A stretch of 41,319 nucleotides of DNA from Neovahlkampfia damariscottae (taxonomy: Eukaryota): contig JABLTG010000171.1 of NCBI GenBank assembly GCA_016618085.1, positions 1 to 41,319 on the forward strand, given 5' to 3'. Positions within the stretch are counted from its first letter, which is position 1, and the number at the start of each line of letters is the position of its first letter. Positions 21,849 through 33,432 of the stretch are shown here, one piece after another. The notes beneath the pieces were generated by a model, which worked only from the letters and a program-made list of their open reading frames with translations, was not told the origin of the DNA and did no database searches. The translations under genes and the position numbers were made by a program.

Positions 21849-22667
21849 TTAAGCTTTAACTTTTTGTCCTTTTTCTCCTGATTGTTTTGTTGTATCAACA
21901 GCAGCTAAAAGTGTTTCTAAACTTTGTTTTGGTGCTTTGAGGACTTTAACTTTATAAATGTGTGTTGTTTGGAGAGGGAAAATTCCAGCGCATTGTTTAG
22001 CGATTTGAGTACCAATCATGTTTAACATTAAATGATTACAAAATTCTTTGATTGAGCATGTTGAACCAGTTGAAGTGATGATATCTTTCATTTTTCCTGA
22101 AATTTTTTTAACTTGTGATTTCATCGCATATGTTGTTTTTTTCTTTTGAAGTTGTCTTCTTTTTGTGTAACCAATAGCAAAAACACGAAGATGATATCCA
22201 TCAGTTGTTGTAACTGTTGTTTGAGCAGTGATTTGTGTGTGCCATTTTTTAACTAATGATTTAAGTTTATCAGAAGTAAATCTGAGTCCTTGGAAAGCAG
22301 TATATCCAACTTTGTCTTTAACTTCGGAAACTTTGAGTTTGACGACTTGATGTCCTTCATTTTCATCGTTCATTAAATCTCCAACTGAAGCTTCAAAAAT
22401 TCTTCCTTTTAAGTTGTCTTCATCAGTTCTTGTACCAACAGTTTTGTTAACAAAAGTTTTACAAACAATTGGAGCTGTTGTGAAAGGAGCTGGTGCTTTA
22501 ATATCATACCAAACTTTTTTGGACATGTGGTCGCTAAACAAAAATAAATTTTAAACTACGCTCAACTTACACTTTCTTTTTTAATTTTTTATTTTTAATA
22601 ACTCTTTTGCTCTTTCTAAATTATAGTTAGTTAAAAATCAATGAAGAAAAACAAACCCTTGTGTCAT
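21849..22667 (-). CDS. RPS3A: 40S ribosomal protein S3a (eS1); introns 22616-22656, 22534-22570
   Basis: MTQGKSKR...KKVWYDIKAPAPF...KGRIFEASVGDL...TSDKLKSLVKKW...TTDGYHLRVF...IFPL...KVKVLKAP. Confidence 0.97.
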
Positions 22668-22845
22668 TGTTTTTGGCTAGTGTTTAAAGGTGAAAACGAA
22701 ATACGTGAAGGCGATTGGTTAAAATTTCTTTGGATTTTTATAGTTGACCAATGAAAAATTTTACCAAAGTAAAATTGAAGAATAAATTTTTTTTATTTTT
22801 TTATTCTTTTTAAAATTAAATTTTGAATATATTGAATCTAAAAAG

Positions 22846-24130
22846 TTAAAAAGGTGGAAAATGGTTATTTTCATTTTCCGTATAACATACAACATTTTGC
22901 TGTAATAATCCTGGTGGACAATATATAACAGTTAATGTTTTAAGTTGACCTGGACATGGGTCTCCAACGATTCCATTCATCACAGAAGCATTTAAATTAT
23001 ACATCCTGCCACCATGTTGTAAAGTAAAAAACATCATTGTGAATGATTTTGTAACATCAATAACTCTTGTTTGTGTACCATAATGAGCTGATAAAATAGT
23101 TGGTATTTGTGGATCTAAACTGAAATTCGTATTTGGAGTTGTTTGATAATAAGTTGATGTTGTTGGAAGACCAACATGTTGAAGACCATTTCCAATATTC
23201 ATTAAAGTTGGATCTAAACCTAAGTTATAATTGCTTTGTTGTTGTCGATTCATTGGTTGTTGTTGATAAGAAAATTGATTTAACATTTTTGATTTCTGTG
23301 GTGGTTGTGTTGTCTTTTTTGGTTTTTCTGGTTGAGGTGGTGTGGGTGGTTTATATTTACCAAAACCAAAAGTTTCAATTTCATATTTTAACGTTGAATC
23401 ATTTAACCTTTCTAATTTTAAAGTCAAATCTGAATTTTGTCCAAAGTTTAAATCCAACAAGTCTAAATCAAAAACACCTATTTTCTCATCTGATTCACAT
23501 ATTATTCCTTTCAAAGGTTCTTCTATATCTTTTATATCAATACATAATTTATCGCTCCATTTTAACTCTTTACTTTTCTCAGTCTTTAAAATTTCTTTTC
23601 CTGATTTGAATTCGAAATGTATTTCATTTTCTGTATTATAATTTATAAGTTCGTTGATTTTTAAATGAATATGATTCTGTAATTCAATATTTACATCAAT
23701 TTCACCAACCATACCAATAGTTGAAGTAAACTGAAGTTTGAAATCATTTTTACCCGGTTTCATTTTATTTAAATCAAGTGATGTTTTTGCCAATAATTGA
23801 GGTTCTTCTTTATCATCTAAAAATTTTAACATTAAAAAAAAAAAAACCAAAAATTGAAAATTCAATAGGATCACTCATACTCGAAATTCTAACCCCAAAA
23901 TTTTCTTCCCATTTTATATTTAAACTTTTGGGTAACTTTCAAGTAAAGTTAAAAAAAAAAAATTTTTTTTTACAGATTCCGTTTTATACTGATTTCCTGA
24001 TAATTCAATGAGCACATGGGTTGTTGTAGTTCCATTGATCTATTGGTGAAAGGATTTTAAAATTGAAAATGGTTACATCAAAACCAGGAATATTTTTTGC
24101 TTCTAAAAAATTTATAAACACTAACGACAT
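22846..24130 (-). CDS. C2-domain protein with Pro/Gln-rich linker and C-terminal DUF3395-like domain; 3 small introns
   Basis: Spliced N-terminus MSLVFINFLEAKNIPGFDINGTTTTHVLIELSGNQYKTESLPKSLNIKWEENF (C2), then a second C2-like unit. C-terminus ILSAHYG...IDVT...GDPCPGQLKTLTVIY. Confidence 0.75.
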
Positions 24131-24468
24131 TAAAAAAATCACAGGTTTGATTTCATTGGGTAATTTATTCGTCCAATGAATATGTTGAATTTTGTTTAAC
24201 CTCCAAACGACAAATTTAAAGTTGAAACAGAAGATTGAATTTTGATTCAATATTGAAATTTTCAATCAGAATACATAGTAGATATGAAAAAAAGTACTTT
24301 GTTGAAAGTTTTGACATGAATTTGATGAATGGAAAATATTCTGGCCAGGAATTTCTAAACAATAATTAGTTCATGTTGCAAATGGTTAAAGTTTGAAATG
24401 TGGTTTTTAATTGGACATAAAGAGAAAAGTTGATCTAAAATTGTATGAAATATAATGAAGCCATTTAT

Positions 24469-25541
24469 TTACAAACAACCATGTTTATGTCCATCAGGAG
24501 CATTAAGTCCTACATAATTAAGATGATCTTTAATACTTGGAATGGCCGCAGAAAGACTACAACTTTTATCTTCACCTTCTGTTTTGCTGCACATTCTATA
24601 ACTTGTACCATTTGTAGGAAACCAAATCTCTTGAGGTGAATGATAATACCCAGTGAATCTTGGTGGAATACGAGAAACTTTGAAAAAAATAAATTTTTTT
24701 TTTTTTTTTGAGCTTTTACCTATATCTTTTTTGTTTACAACTCTGTAATGTTGTTGAACTGTTTTCTTTACATAATTGCTGAACTCTTTATTTCCTACTC
24801 TAGGTTTTCCAAATGTCATTAATTCAATTCTATTTTTTAGACCTTTGGTGAAAAAAAGTTTTAATTTTTTTTTGAATTTTGAATGATTACCTAAACGACT
24901 TAATTCTACAGCACTTAGTAACCCAAGAGCACCTCCTTTTTGGTTGTTAATTTTTTATTTTTGTTGTTGGTTTACCTCTGCTGTGTCCAATAATCCAAAT
25001 CTTTTTATTTGAAGGGAGAGATTTAATGGTATTATATACTTTGGTATGTACTTCCTTATATGAGTTCCAAAATCCTTTCTACAACAGAAAAAAAATTAAT
25101 GATTTTTAAAGCTCACATGAACAGAAGCCTTTGGTGCATGTGGATAATTAACTCTAAAAGCATTTATATTAGATACCCATCCTGGTATATGAAGATGTCT
25201 TGTTCCTCTAAAAACAAGAATGACTTCAAAAAAGAAAGTGTTAAATTTGTAAACTCGAACTTACTATGAGTAGCTGTTTGTGCAATAAAACCAAAAGCCA
25301 AACTGTCTTTGAAATCAAAGTGTGTCACATATTTTACAGGTTTTGTTTTTTTACACCAAAAACAATTCCAAGGTTTGAGAACTTTTGGTTCACAATGAGC
25401 AGCTAAAGCCAAAAGGAATTTTTCTCTCATATCTCTGTGCAATGTTGGATTGAATTCTGATAATTCTACTTTGGTTTCTTGAGCTAATACAGAAAAAATA
25501 AATAAAGAAAGCAACAACAAAGTCCATGATGAATGTGTCAT
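24469..25541 (-). CDS. Secreted class 3 lipase (multi-exon)
   Basis: Signal peptide, VFRGT, GHSRGGA (split by an intron), TFGKPRVGN, RVVNKKDI..RIPP and terminal DHLNY. Confidence 0.92.
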
Positions 25542-25620
25542 TATTTTAGAAGTGACCGTTGTCCAATGAAAAGTTGATATTTCTTCCAAAGTCACTGACC
25601 AAAATTTTTATTTTTTTCAT

Positions 25621-26251
25621 TTATTCATCTTGCACCATTTGTGGTAAATCTAAAACAGGTGTATCAGAACCTAAAATTGATAACGCGGCTGTAATTTGAC
25701 CTCTGAAAAAGATGTTAAGTAATTCGAAAGAAAACAAACTTATGATGTGTTCCATGATTAAACAAGTGATCAAATACCAAATCGTATCCCTTTTCAAATT
25801 CAACACCTTTTGTATTTTGATATTTGAATTTTTTTTCAAATTCTGAATCAGACATCTTCGAAATTAAATTCAACCAAACATCACATTGCTCCATTATAGC
25901 ATCATGAACATCTTGTTTATTATCAAACAGTTTTTCAAAATCTTTCTCTTCCATCCAGTAAGGTGATAAGTTGTTTGATTTCGAATGTTGACCTGTGATT
26001 CTATAGTACCAAACCATATCGGCCAAGTATAAATGGTTTAGAGTTCCATGAATTGATTTAAAGAATAAACCTTTTGTTGTTGAAATTTAAATTTATTTTT
26101 CTTCACCTAAGTTTTTATGATAATCTTCTTTTGAAACTTTTTCCAGAGATTTAAAAACTCTCTCAAAGGACCATTTATGATACTTTTAAAGTTGTTTAGA
26201 TTTTTATTTGAGTACTGAAGCCATGCGAAGAAAATGCTTTTGAAGAGACAT
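25621..26251 (-). CDS. DinB family protein; 3 introns
   Basis: Spliced product MSLQKHFLRMASYHKWS...GLFFKSIHGTLNHLYLAD..W...HLFNHGTHHRGQITAAL...LDL, the classic DinB His-triad pattern. Confidence 0.9.
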
Positions 26252-26368
26252 GGTTGGTCAATGGCTCAATTACTGTTCTTCTGTAATTTTCCAAAAAGTG
26301 AAACATAAAGGTATAAGGTGGTTTTCCAATTTTCAGATACACTTAATAAATATTAATACTTTCTTTCT

Positions 26369-27047
26369 TTGAAACAAATTTTTTCCGAAGACAGCAATCA
26401 AATCTTTAACATATCAGCACTCTTGAGCTTCAAGATATCTTATTTCAAAGATTCTAACACCATTTTTCATGAAAAAAAAATTAAAACAGACCTCAAACTG
26501 ACGTGCTTGGTTAAAAATTCCGCAAATCAATGTGCTACATGCCACTTTTACTCTGAAAAAGAAACTTGCAAACCAATGTATCTTAAAGAAGAAGTGTTTT
26601 CAGCACAATTAAGAACACTTTTTGAATACACAGAAATGATAAAAACTATTTTCTTTCTTCAAAATTTTTAAATACCAAAACTACAAATTCAAATCACAAA
26701 CATTCAAAATTGACAGAAAACCAGATCTCTTGTTTGTTTTGATTGAGAAGAAGCTTTTCTTAGTATTCAAAGTGAAAACGAACGTGGCTTGATGCTTCTA
26801 AATCATTAAAAGTCAAGTGAAAAACAACTTGAAGAAGGGCAAATTGTATCAACCAATTTCAAAAATTTTATGGAAATATGTAAAAGATACATTTGCTACA
26901 AGAAAAGAGTTATATCAAAAAAATATTGTACAATAATATGATCAAGAAAAGTATTGTTGGAGTTCGAACAAATATCCTAAAGTATGATGAAACTACAATA
27001 GATTAAACGATCCAGTTGAAGTTTCGAATCAAGTAGGAGACGACTAA
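26369..27047 (+). pseudogene. Decayed gene, possibly of PD-(D/E)xK nuclease fold
   Basis: Broken frames read RKPDLLFVLIEKKLFLVFKVKT, LYQPISKI and IVGVRTN, with several stops and no ATG-initiated long ORF. Confidence 0.3.
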
Positions 27048-27143
27048 ACTATTTTTATTGGTCGATTTTTACAGATGTGACACATTAGAACATGGGAAAT
27101 TATTATAAATTGATTGGATACCTCAACTTGAATCACTAAAATC

Positions 27144-27734
27144 ATGAAACTTGTTGCTTTAACAATTTGCTTATTATTCCTTGCTGCTTATGGGAAATAC
27201 TCCTCAGTCCACATTTCAAACCACAGAAACTGCACAGAACCAAACACAGGTTACTTCGTTCCTGACTCAATCTGCATTTTAAACCCAAGAACAGAATCAC
27301 ACTTAAAACATACCTGCGGTTCAAATGAAGTTATTGTTGAAACTCAATGTTCACAAAATTGCGAAAGTTGCAGAGAAACAAAGAAATATCCACTTAACAC
27401 CTGCCTTCAAGTAGGATCTGTTGGTATTCAATATTCCTGTAATGAAAAAAAACCAACCATTCAATCATCTGGATTCTATAGAGCAATTCATAAAGAACCT
27501 TTTTGTCGGGATCAACCACTTACAGAATTTGTTTCAAAAGGATATTGTGAAAATTTCAAAAACCAAAAAAGTCAATCAAGAGATGTTTATTATGATAGAG
27601 CATCAAATTGGATTACTGAAGCATATTATTCAAGAAAAAATTGTGCTGGACAAACAAATGGAATAGTTGCAAGAGAAAGACCAAATGAATGCTTATTAGT
27701 ATCTTATGGAAGAGTTAGATTTTCATCAGAATAA
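27144..27734 (+). CDS. Secreted Cys-rich protein with two internal repeats
   Basis: Signal peptide MKLVALTICLLFLAAYG, regularly spaced Cys residues, ATTGG boxes upstream and a tandem paralog downstream. Confidence 0.85.
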   Translation: MKLVALTICLLFLAAYGKYSSVHISNHRNCTEPNTGYFVPDSICILNPRTESHLKHTCGSNEVIVETQCSQNCESCRETKKYPLNTCLQVGSVGIQYSCNEKKPTIQSSGFYRAIHKEPFCRDQPLTEFVSKGYCENFKNQKSQSRDVYYDRASNWITEAYYSRKNCAGQTNGIVARERPNECLLVSYGRVRFSSE

Positions 27735-28150
27735 AACTTTCAGTTGGTTCTTTTCCAAACTTTTTTCTTATCTTTTGGTGTCCTGTGATCAGTAATTTCT
27801 TTTGGAAATTGAATAGAAAAAAACCATAGAAAATAGGATTTATTAAACTAATCAGGAGATTTTATTCGTCAAGTTTTCAAGTTTTCATTTTACTTCTCGT
27901 TTTTTTTTGGAAAAAAAACTTGGAATTGAATTTTTTGTAGTTGTTGGAGAAATGGTTTAAATAGGAATTCACAGAATGTCAAGAATCCAATGAACGTACA
28001 TTTTCAACGTTAGAATCAATTTGGGCTTCCAAAGGACTATTCAAATCGTATTATTGGTTTATTTTGACCAATCATTGACATTTAGAACTAATTTCTAAGC
28101 AATAAATTGGTTGGTATTTGAGTATATGTTTACTTGAATCACCAAAAATA

Positions 28151-28738
28151 ATGAAACTCATTGCTTTAACAATCTGCTTATTATTCCTTACTGCTTTCGG
28201 AAAATATTCTTCAGTTTTCATCTCAAAACAAAGAGACTGCACAGAATCAAACACTGGCTTCACTGTACCTGATTCACAATGCTTCTTCAACTCAAATACC
28301 AAGCTTTACTCAAAACACTCATGTGATTCAAAAAACGTTCTTGTCGAAACTCAATGTTCTTCAAACTGTGGAACATGTGGAGAAAAAAAAACATACCCAC
28401 TTAACACCTGCCTTCAAGTTGGATCACAGCTTAAAGTACACATGTAACGCAAAACCTGTTATTGAATCTACAGGATTCTTTAAAGAAATTCACACAAGTA
28501 GAAATTGTCAAGATTCAAAACCATTCACAGAATTTGTAACTAAACAATACTGTGAAAATGTTTCAAACTCAAGAGGTAAATCTATGTCAGTCTATTTTGA
28601 TCGAAATACAAACTGGATCACTAAAGAACATTATTCACAAGAAAAATGTGCTGGAGAAAGAACTGGAGCTTCTGGAAATACAGACCAAACTTATGCATGT
28701 ACATGTCTTATGGTTACGTCAAATATCAAGTGAAATAA
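28151..28738 (+). pseudogene. Frameshifted tandem paralog of 27144-27734
   Basis: MKLIALTICLLFLTAFG aligns over the full length only with frameshifts near 28425 and near 28673. The ancestral end would be KYRPNLCMYMSYGYVKYQVK*. Confidence 0.8.
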
Positions 28739-28943
28739 AGAAATTTCAGTTTGGTTTTTTTTCCAAAATATGAACATGTTTTTTTTGCTTTCTGCAGCAA
28801 CTTCAGTGATCTCCTGAAAATCGGAATTCTCCAAATTCACCAAATGGATATAAATTTCAAATTTATTGATTCCAATACTTTTGGAGCTTAAAAAAAGTGT
28901 ACTGAATCTTGACCAATAACAATCTGACAAGTTTCACTTTTTT

Positions 28944-29858
28944 ATGAAGAATGAAAATGCAACTCCAGTTGAAGAAACACAAAACACGAAAGAATATGAT
29001 TTGAACAACTTGAAACAAGAAATTTCAAACCTTTCAACAAAATTAATCACTTCAGAAAATCAAACAACTGAATTGAATAAAAAAATAAAAACACTGGAAG
29101 AAACTCTTGAAATTCAAAACTTGGAAAATTTGAGAAAATTGAAGTTAGAAATAGAAAAAAACCAAAAAGAAATGGAAATTTCAAATCTTTCAACAAATTT
29201 AATCACTTCAGAAAAGCAAACAACTGAATTGAATAAAAAAATAAAAACACTGGAAGAAACTCTTGAAATTCAAAACTTGGAAAATTTGAGAAAATTGAAG
29301 TTAGAAATAGAAAAAAACCAAAAAGAAACGGAAAGAAAATTCAAATTTTATTTTTTTGTGATTTTGATCGTTCTTGTTTCTTTTTGGTTGTTCTGGAATT
29401 TGGAACATCAAACAAAAACAGTTTTTCAACCAGTAGAATCAGAAATAGAACGATTGAAAAAATCATTGGATAGTAACAAACCGAGTATTCAATTGGTCAT
29501 TGATTCAAATATTTCTATTGAAAAATCGAAAATTGAAAAACATTTTAGAGAATTAAATTTCAGTTCAAAAGATGAAAATTCAATTTTGTATATTGCTTCT
29601 TCAATGTCCAATAGATTTAAAGATTATTTTCCCTTATCAAAACTTGAAAAATTCAAAAACAAAAAAACTATGATTGTACTTTTAAAAACATCTTTTGGAT
29701 GTCCTGATGATTTATCGGCATCAAATGAATTGAAATATTATTTAAACAGGAATTCAATTGATTCTTTTGAAACTTCACAAATCATAGAATCAATGGAAAA
29801 CAATGAATTACTCAATTGCAAATTAGGAGATGAAAAAATAAAAAAATTCTTTAGATGA
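28944..29858 (+). CDS. Coiled-coil single-pass membrane protein
   Basis: Duplicated coiled coil, TM helix FYFFVILIVLVSFWLFW and a small C-terminal alpha/beta domain. Confidence 0.8.
   Translation: MKNENATPVEETQNTKEYDLNNLKQEISNLSTKLITSENQTTELNKKIKTLEETLEIQNLENLRKLKLEIEKNQKEMEISNLSTNLITSEKQTTELNKKIKTLEETLEIQNLENLRKLKLEIEKNQKETERKFKFYFFVILIVLVSFWLFWNLEHQTKTVFQPVESEIERLKKSLDSNKPSIQLVIDSNISIEKSKIEKHFRELNFSSKDENSILYIASSMSNRFKDYFPLSKLEKFKNKKTMIVLLKTSFGCPDDLSASNELKYYLNRNSIDSFETSQIIESMENNELLNCKLGDEKIKKFFR
29019..29330 (+). repeat. 156-bp in-frame tandem duplication (2 copies)
   Basis: 29019-29174 versus 29175-29330; I count 4 mismatches. Confidence 0.92.
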
Positions 29859-29924
29859 ATACTCCAAAAAAATTTCATCAGTTGAAATTCTTATGAGCAC
29901 CGAAAGCCATAGGATGATGAAAAT

Positions 29925-31259
29925 TTATTTTGAAAAGTATTTCATCACCCAGCTATAAACATTATTTGTGACTACTTGAGGGATGTATCCAAGAAAATGA
30001 CTTAACTTTGGTATAATATATTCAAAAATATAACACAAAGGTTGATCCCAAAATAGATTCAATTCTGTAATTTTCAATAGCTCTTTCTGTCTTTCTAAAT
30101 AAGTAAATGCGTTCTTTTTCAATCTATCTCTGATAAATGCAGCGTTTCGGTCAATAAAAATATCTTTTTCTGTTTTTTTATTTCCATAGGCCAGATAAAG
30201 AAAAACATTTAATTTTGAAATACCCAAATAAGTAAAAACCTTGTTTCGGATGATCTCTTGCTGTTGTAATAGTTCATCTTCAGATACATTAGAATCACCT
30301 TCATATTGTGCCAATACCATCATGTTGTATTTTTCAATGATCAATTTTCGTTTCATTAAAATATTGGAATCTTCATCTTTGTTTTTATCAAAATCTTTGA
30401 TTTGTTCGAAAGTAAGAAAGAGTATAACTGTGTGAATTTCAGACCTCAATTCATTGAGTGTGGTTAATTTCTTGTGCGAGCATAACGGACCAATGGGATT
30501 TTTGACATATTCCTTTGCAGCATCGACAGTAAAATTAGAAGAGTCTAATTTTCCATGGAGTAAACAATACAATATTTCATCATGGTAAGTTTCTTTGTCA
30601 AGACCAAAACCATCATGAAATGCCAAAGATGTTCTGGAAATATGTTTAAAACCATATTCTTGAAATTCTCTTGTAACATGAACATCATTTTTCATCACGA
30701 CAGCAGGCTCACAAATCTCATTTGAAATTGAACTTTTTTGTGTATTTACACATGAGGACTTACCAGATCCTTGAATTCCAATCAACAGAGTGTTAATCTT
30801 TTTCAATGAACAACCAAATAATTTTTCAAATTTTTCATCAATAAATAAAGGAAACCACTCCATTTTGACAGGAAATTTGAATTCTTCATTCATAATTTTT
30901 ACATATAAATAATGAGGGGTATCAGTTATTTCAAAGTTTGGAAGCACAGGAAGTGATATATCCAATGAAACTTTGTAATGTGATTTCTTTGTGAATTCTT
31001 TCGATGAAATAATTCTTGTTACTGGGCTTATGAACTTTAAAGAAGTGTCTATAACTTGTAGAGTAATTTCTTTTTTTGGTCTTTTAATTTTTGAAATAAC
31101 GTCCAAATGAATTTCAACAAAACCTTCTTCGATGAGAAAAGGTTTTTCCACTGAAAAATAGACCAAAAAATTTGATTTTGGTGTTGGTTTTACATTGTTT
31201 GAATCAAAAAATACAGCGTTTGTGAATAAAAAAAAGCAACAAATAAGAATTGCCTTCAT
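29925..31259 (-). CDS. IFI44-like P-loop GTPase with signal peptide
   Basis: MKAILICCFFLFTNA signal, LLIGIQGSGKSSCVNT, HVTREF, HDGFGL and IHTVILFL, resembling the G-domain of the IFI44 family. Confidence 0.7.
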   Translation of the reverse strand: MKAILICCFFLFTNAVFFDSNNVKPTPKSNFLVYFSVEKPFLIEEGFVEIHLDVISKIKRPKKEITLQVIDTSLKFISPVTRIISSKEFTKKSHYKVSLDISLPVLPNFEITDTPHYLYVKIMNEEFKFPVKMEWFPLFIDEKFEKLFGCSLKKINTLLIGIQGSGKSSCVNTQKSSISNEICEPAVVMKNDVHVTREFQEYGFKHISRTSLAFHDGFGLDKETYHDEILYCLLHGKLDSSNFTVDAAKEYVKNPIGPLCSHKKLTTLNELRSEIHTVILFLTFEQIKDFDKNKDEDSNILMKRKLIIEKYNMMVLAQYEGDSNVSEDELLQQQEIIRNKVFTYLGISKLNVFLYLAYGNKKTEKDIFIDRNAAFIRDRLKKNAFTYLERQKELLKITELNLFWDQPLCYIFEYIIPKLSHFLGYIPQVVTNNVYSWVMKYFSK

Positions 31260-31428
31260 CTTGTCAACTTGTTTGTTTTGACAAGACAAGTGGTCCAATC
31301 AGTTTTCATCAATTTCAAATTGTTTTTTGGGATATTGAAATGAGGTTTTTTTGTCATTTTATTTTATTTCTTGCTGCTGATTGTATCCAATCAGATCCAT
31401 TTTTCCACGTCAAAAAATTCACGGCAAT

Positions 31429-31938
31429 ATGAAAATCATTCCAGTTGTCTTTTCTGATATTGAAGAGATATCAGAACTCCTCAAAACATGCTTCAAAAAT
31501 ACCTACAAATTTTTTCCTTCAGAAAAATTTGAAATTTTTTTCAATTATTTTTTTCATGTTGAAAAATTGGTAAAATCAATTCAAAACAATCATTTCATGA
31601 AAACATTAAACAAAGAAAATCAAATCATAGGAATCATGGATTCATATTTTGACGAGAATGATTGTTATTGCACAGTGAACTCTTTTTATGTAAAACCAAC
31701 AGAACAAAACAAAGGAATTGGGAGCTTGTTGGTGAAACAATTACTTGAAAAAACTGAAAAATTGAGGATTGATAGAATTTGGATTGGCTTTTTTATTGAG
31801 AATCAAAATACATTTCAAATTTATAAGAGATTCAACTACATCGAAACGAAAAAGGAAATGATCAAAATTGAATCAAAAGAATATGAATATAGTCATGGTT
31901 ATTTCAAAACAAAACATTTGAAAATGAAATTCAATTGA
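31429..31938 (+). CDS. GNAT family acetyltransferase
   Basis: FYVKPTEQNKGIGSLL acetyl-CoA motif and N..TFQIYKRFNY. The first ATG is at 31429. Confidence 0.9.
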   Translation: MKIIPVVFSDIEEISELLKTCFKNTYKFFPSEKFEIFFNYFFHVEKLVKSIQNNHFMKTLNKENQIIGIMDSYFDENDCYCTVNSFYVKPTEQNKGIGSLLVKQLLEKTEKLRIDRIWIGFFIENQNTFQIYKRFNYIETKKEMIKIESKEYEYSHGYFKTKHLKMKFN

Positions 31939-31959
31939 AACAATCAACAAAAATTTCAT

Positions 31960-33350
31960 TTACCAAAATACAAGACCAAGGTCAGTCATCGATCCATCCA
32001 CTTCTGTAGAACCATTCATTATGATATTTCTTGTCAAAAAGAAGTGTTAATTTCTCAACATTCCTTCCATATATGATATAAAATATGACGTCCATTAAAC
32101 TTGTGATGATACCAAAACCAGCAGCACTGATATTACAACTAAAACAAAGATTGAAACTTCAACTAGTAGTGAAATTATTGAAGAAACAAAAATGTAAATG
32201 ATGCTTAAAATCAAACAAATACTATAAAAAATCGATAGAATATTTGATAATAGTGCATTATAAGGTCTGAATAAAATAGTGAGCATGATTGTAATCAAAT
32301 GAATAATCAATGAAAGTGATAAACCAATACCTGAAGCAATTGCTCCAAACGGAAAGAAAAACAAAACTATAATTGCAAGAAGAAACTTATCTATGAATTT
32401 CCAAATCCCCCAGTACCTGAACCAAAAATTGTAGGCATCAAAAATTCCGTTGATTCCTGAAGATGAAGCTACCATTGCCAATCTCCATTTCTTTTGTGAA
32501 TAATTGAGTCCCAAAATAAATTTGAAGAAATTCAATACTTTCTTAATTGAAGAAATCCCTTCTGATTTTGGAAAACTATCATCTTCAATTTTTGAACCTA
32601 AGCCAATCATGTTCATCATTTTATTTCCCAATGATTTGTCAGGAACATTGGTGTCAAATTCAATACCTTTGTTTGATTTGAAATCTATTTCTTTTAATTC
32701 TCTTTCACTGATTTCATGATTTTATTTTTTTTCTTTTTTGAATTTTTTCAATTTTTTTGTGTGTTCTTCTGTATCAATCAAATGCTGAACTTTTGTTTGT
32801 TGTAAATAATACGTGGTATGCATTATTGCATAGAAACCAAGTAAAGGCAGTCCTATCACAATAAAAATAGTCAAAACAATGCCAAGAGGAACAAATAAAG
32901 CGAAAAAAGCTGCATCACAAGGGATTATTGGGTCAGTTTGAAGTCTAAGTGCTTTTGAACCCATACACAAAGAGTTATAATGAGAAGTTGAGCATGGAAA
33001 ATTTGCACTTGGCATTCCACAGCTAATGCACGTGTTGTCATTGGTTACATTGAATCCTGTTCGAAGAGATGAAGTTCTCGTTATAACAAACGGCCATTCC
33101 CTTAAGTGATAATTATTAGGGCAACTTCTTTCAGTACAAACGAACATACCATAAACTGTTTTTGAAATCTGAAGATATGAGAGACAAAAAAATCCATACA
33201 ATCTTTAATCCATGCCGTTTGAGGAATTCATTGAAATAGATTCCAACTATTCTGATACCTTTAATTATAGATAATAGTCCATATGAAACACTTCCAATGC
33301 AGCAACAAGAGCAAATGACAATACTCAGAATCTCTATTTGAGACTATACC
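31960..33350 (-). pseudogene. Disrupted, 5'-truncated multi-pass membrane protein gene
   Basis: ORFs 32722-33201 and 32095-32631 share a frame and are separated by one TAA. There is a frameshift near 33205 and further stops below 32095. Contains TM helices and a Cys-rich loop (LQTDPIIPC). Confidence 0.65.
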
Positions 33351-33432
33351 CATAACTTGGTGGTTTTTGATAAGAAGAAAATTGATTGGCGTTCCAATTT
33401 AGTATTGTCCAATAAAAAGTATGAAAAACAAT

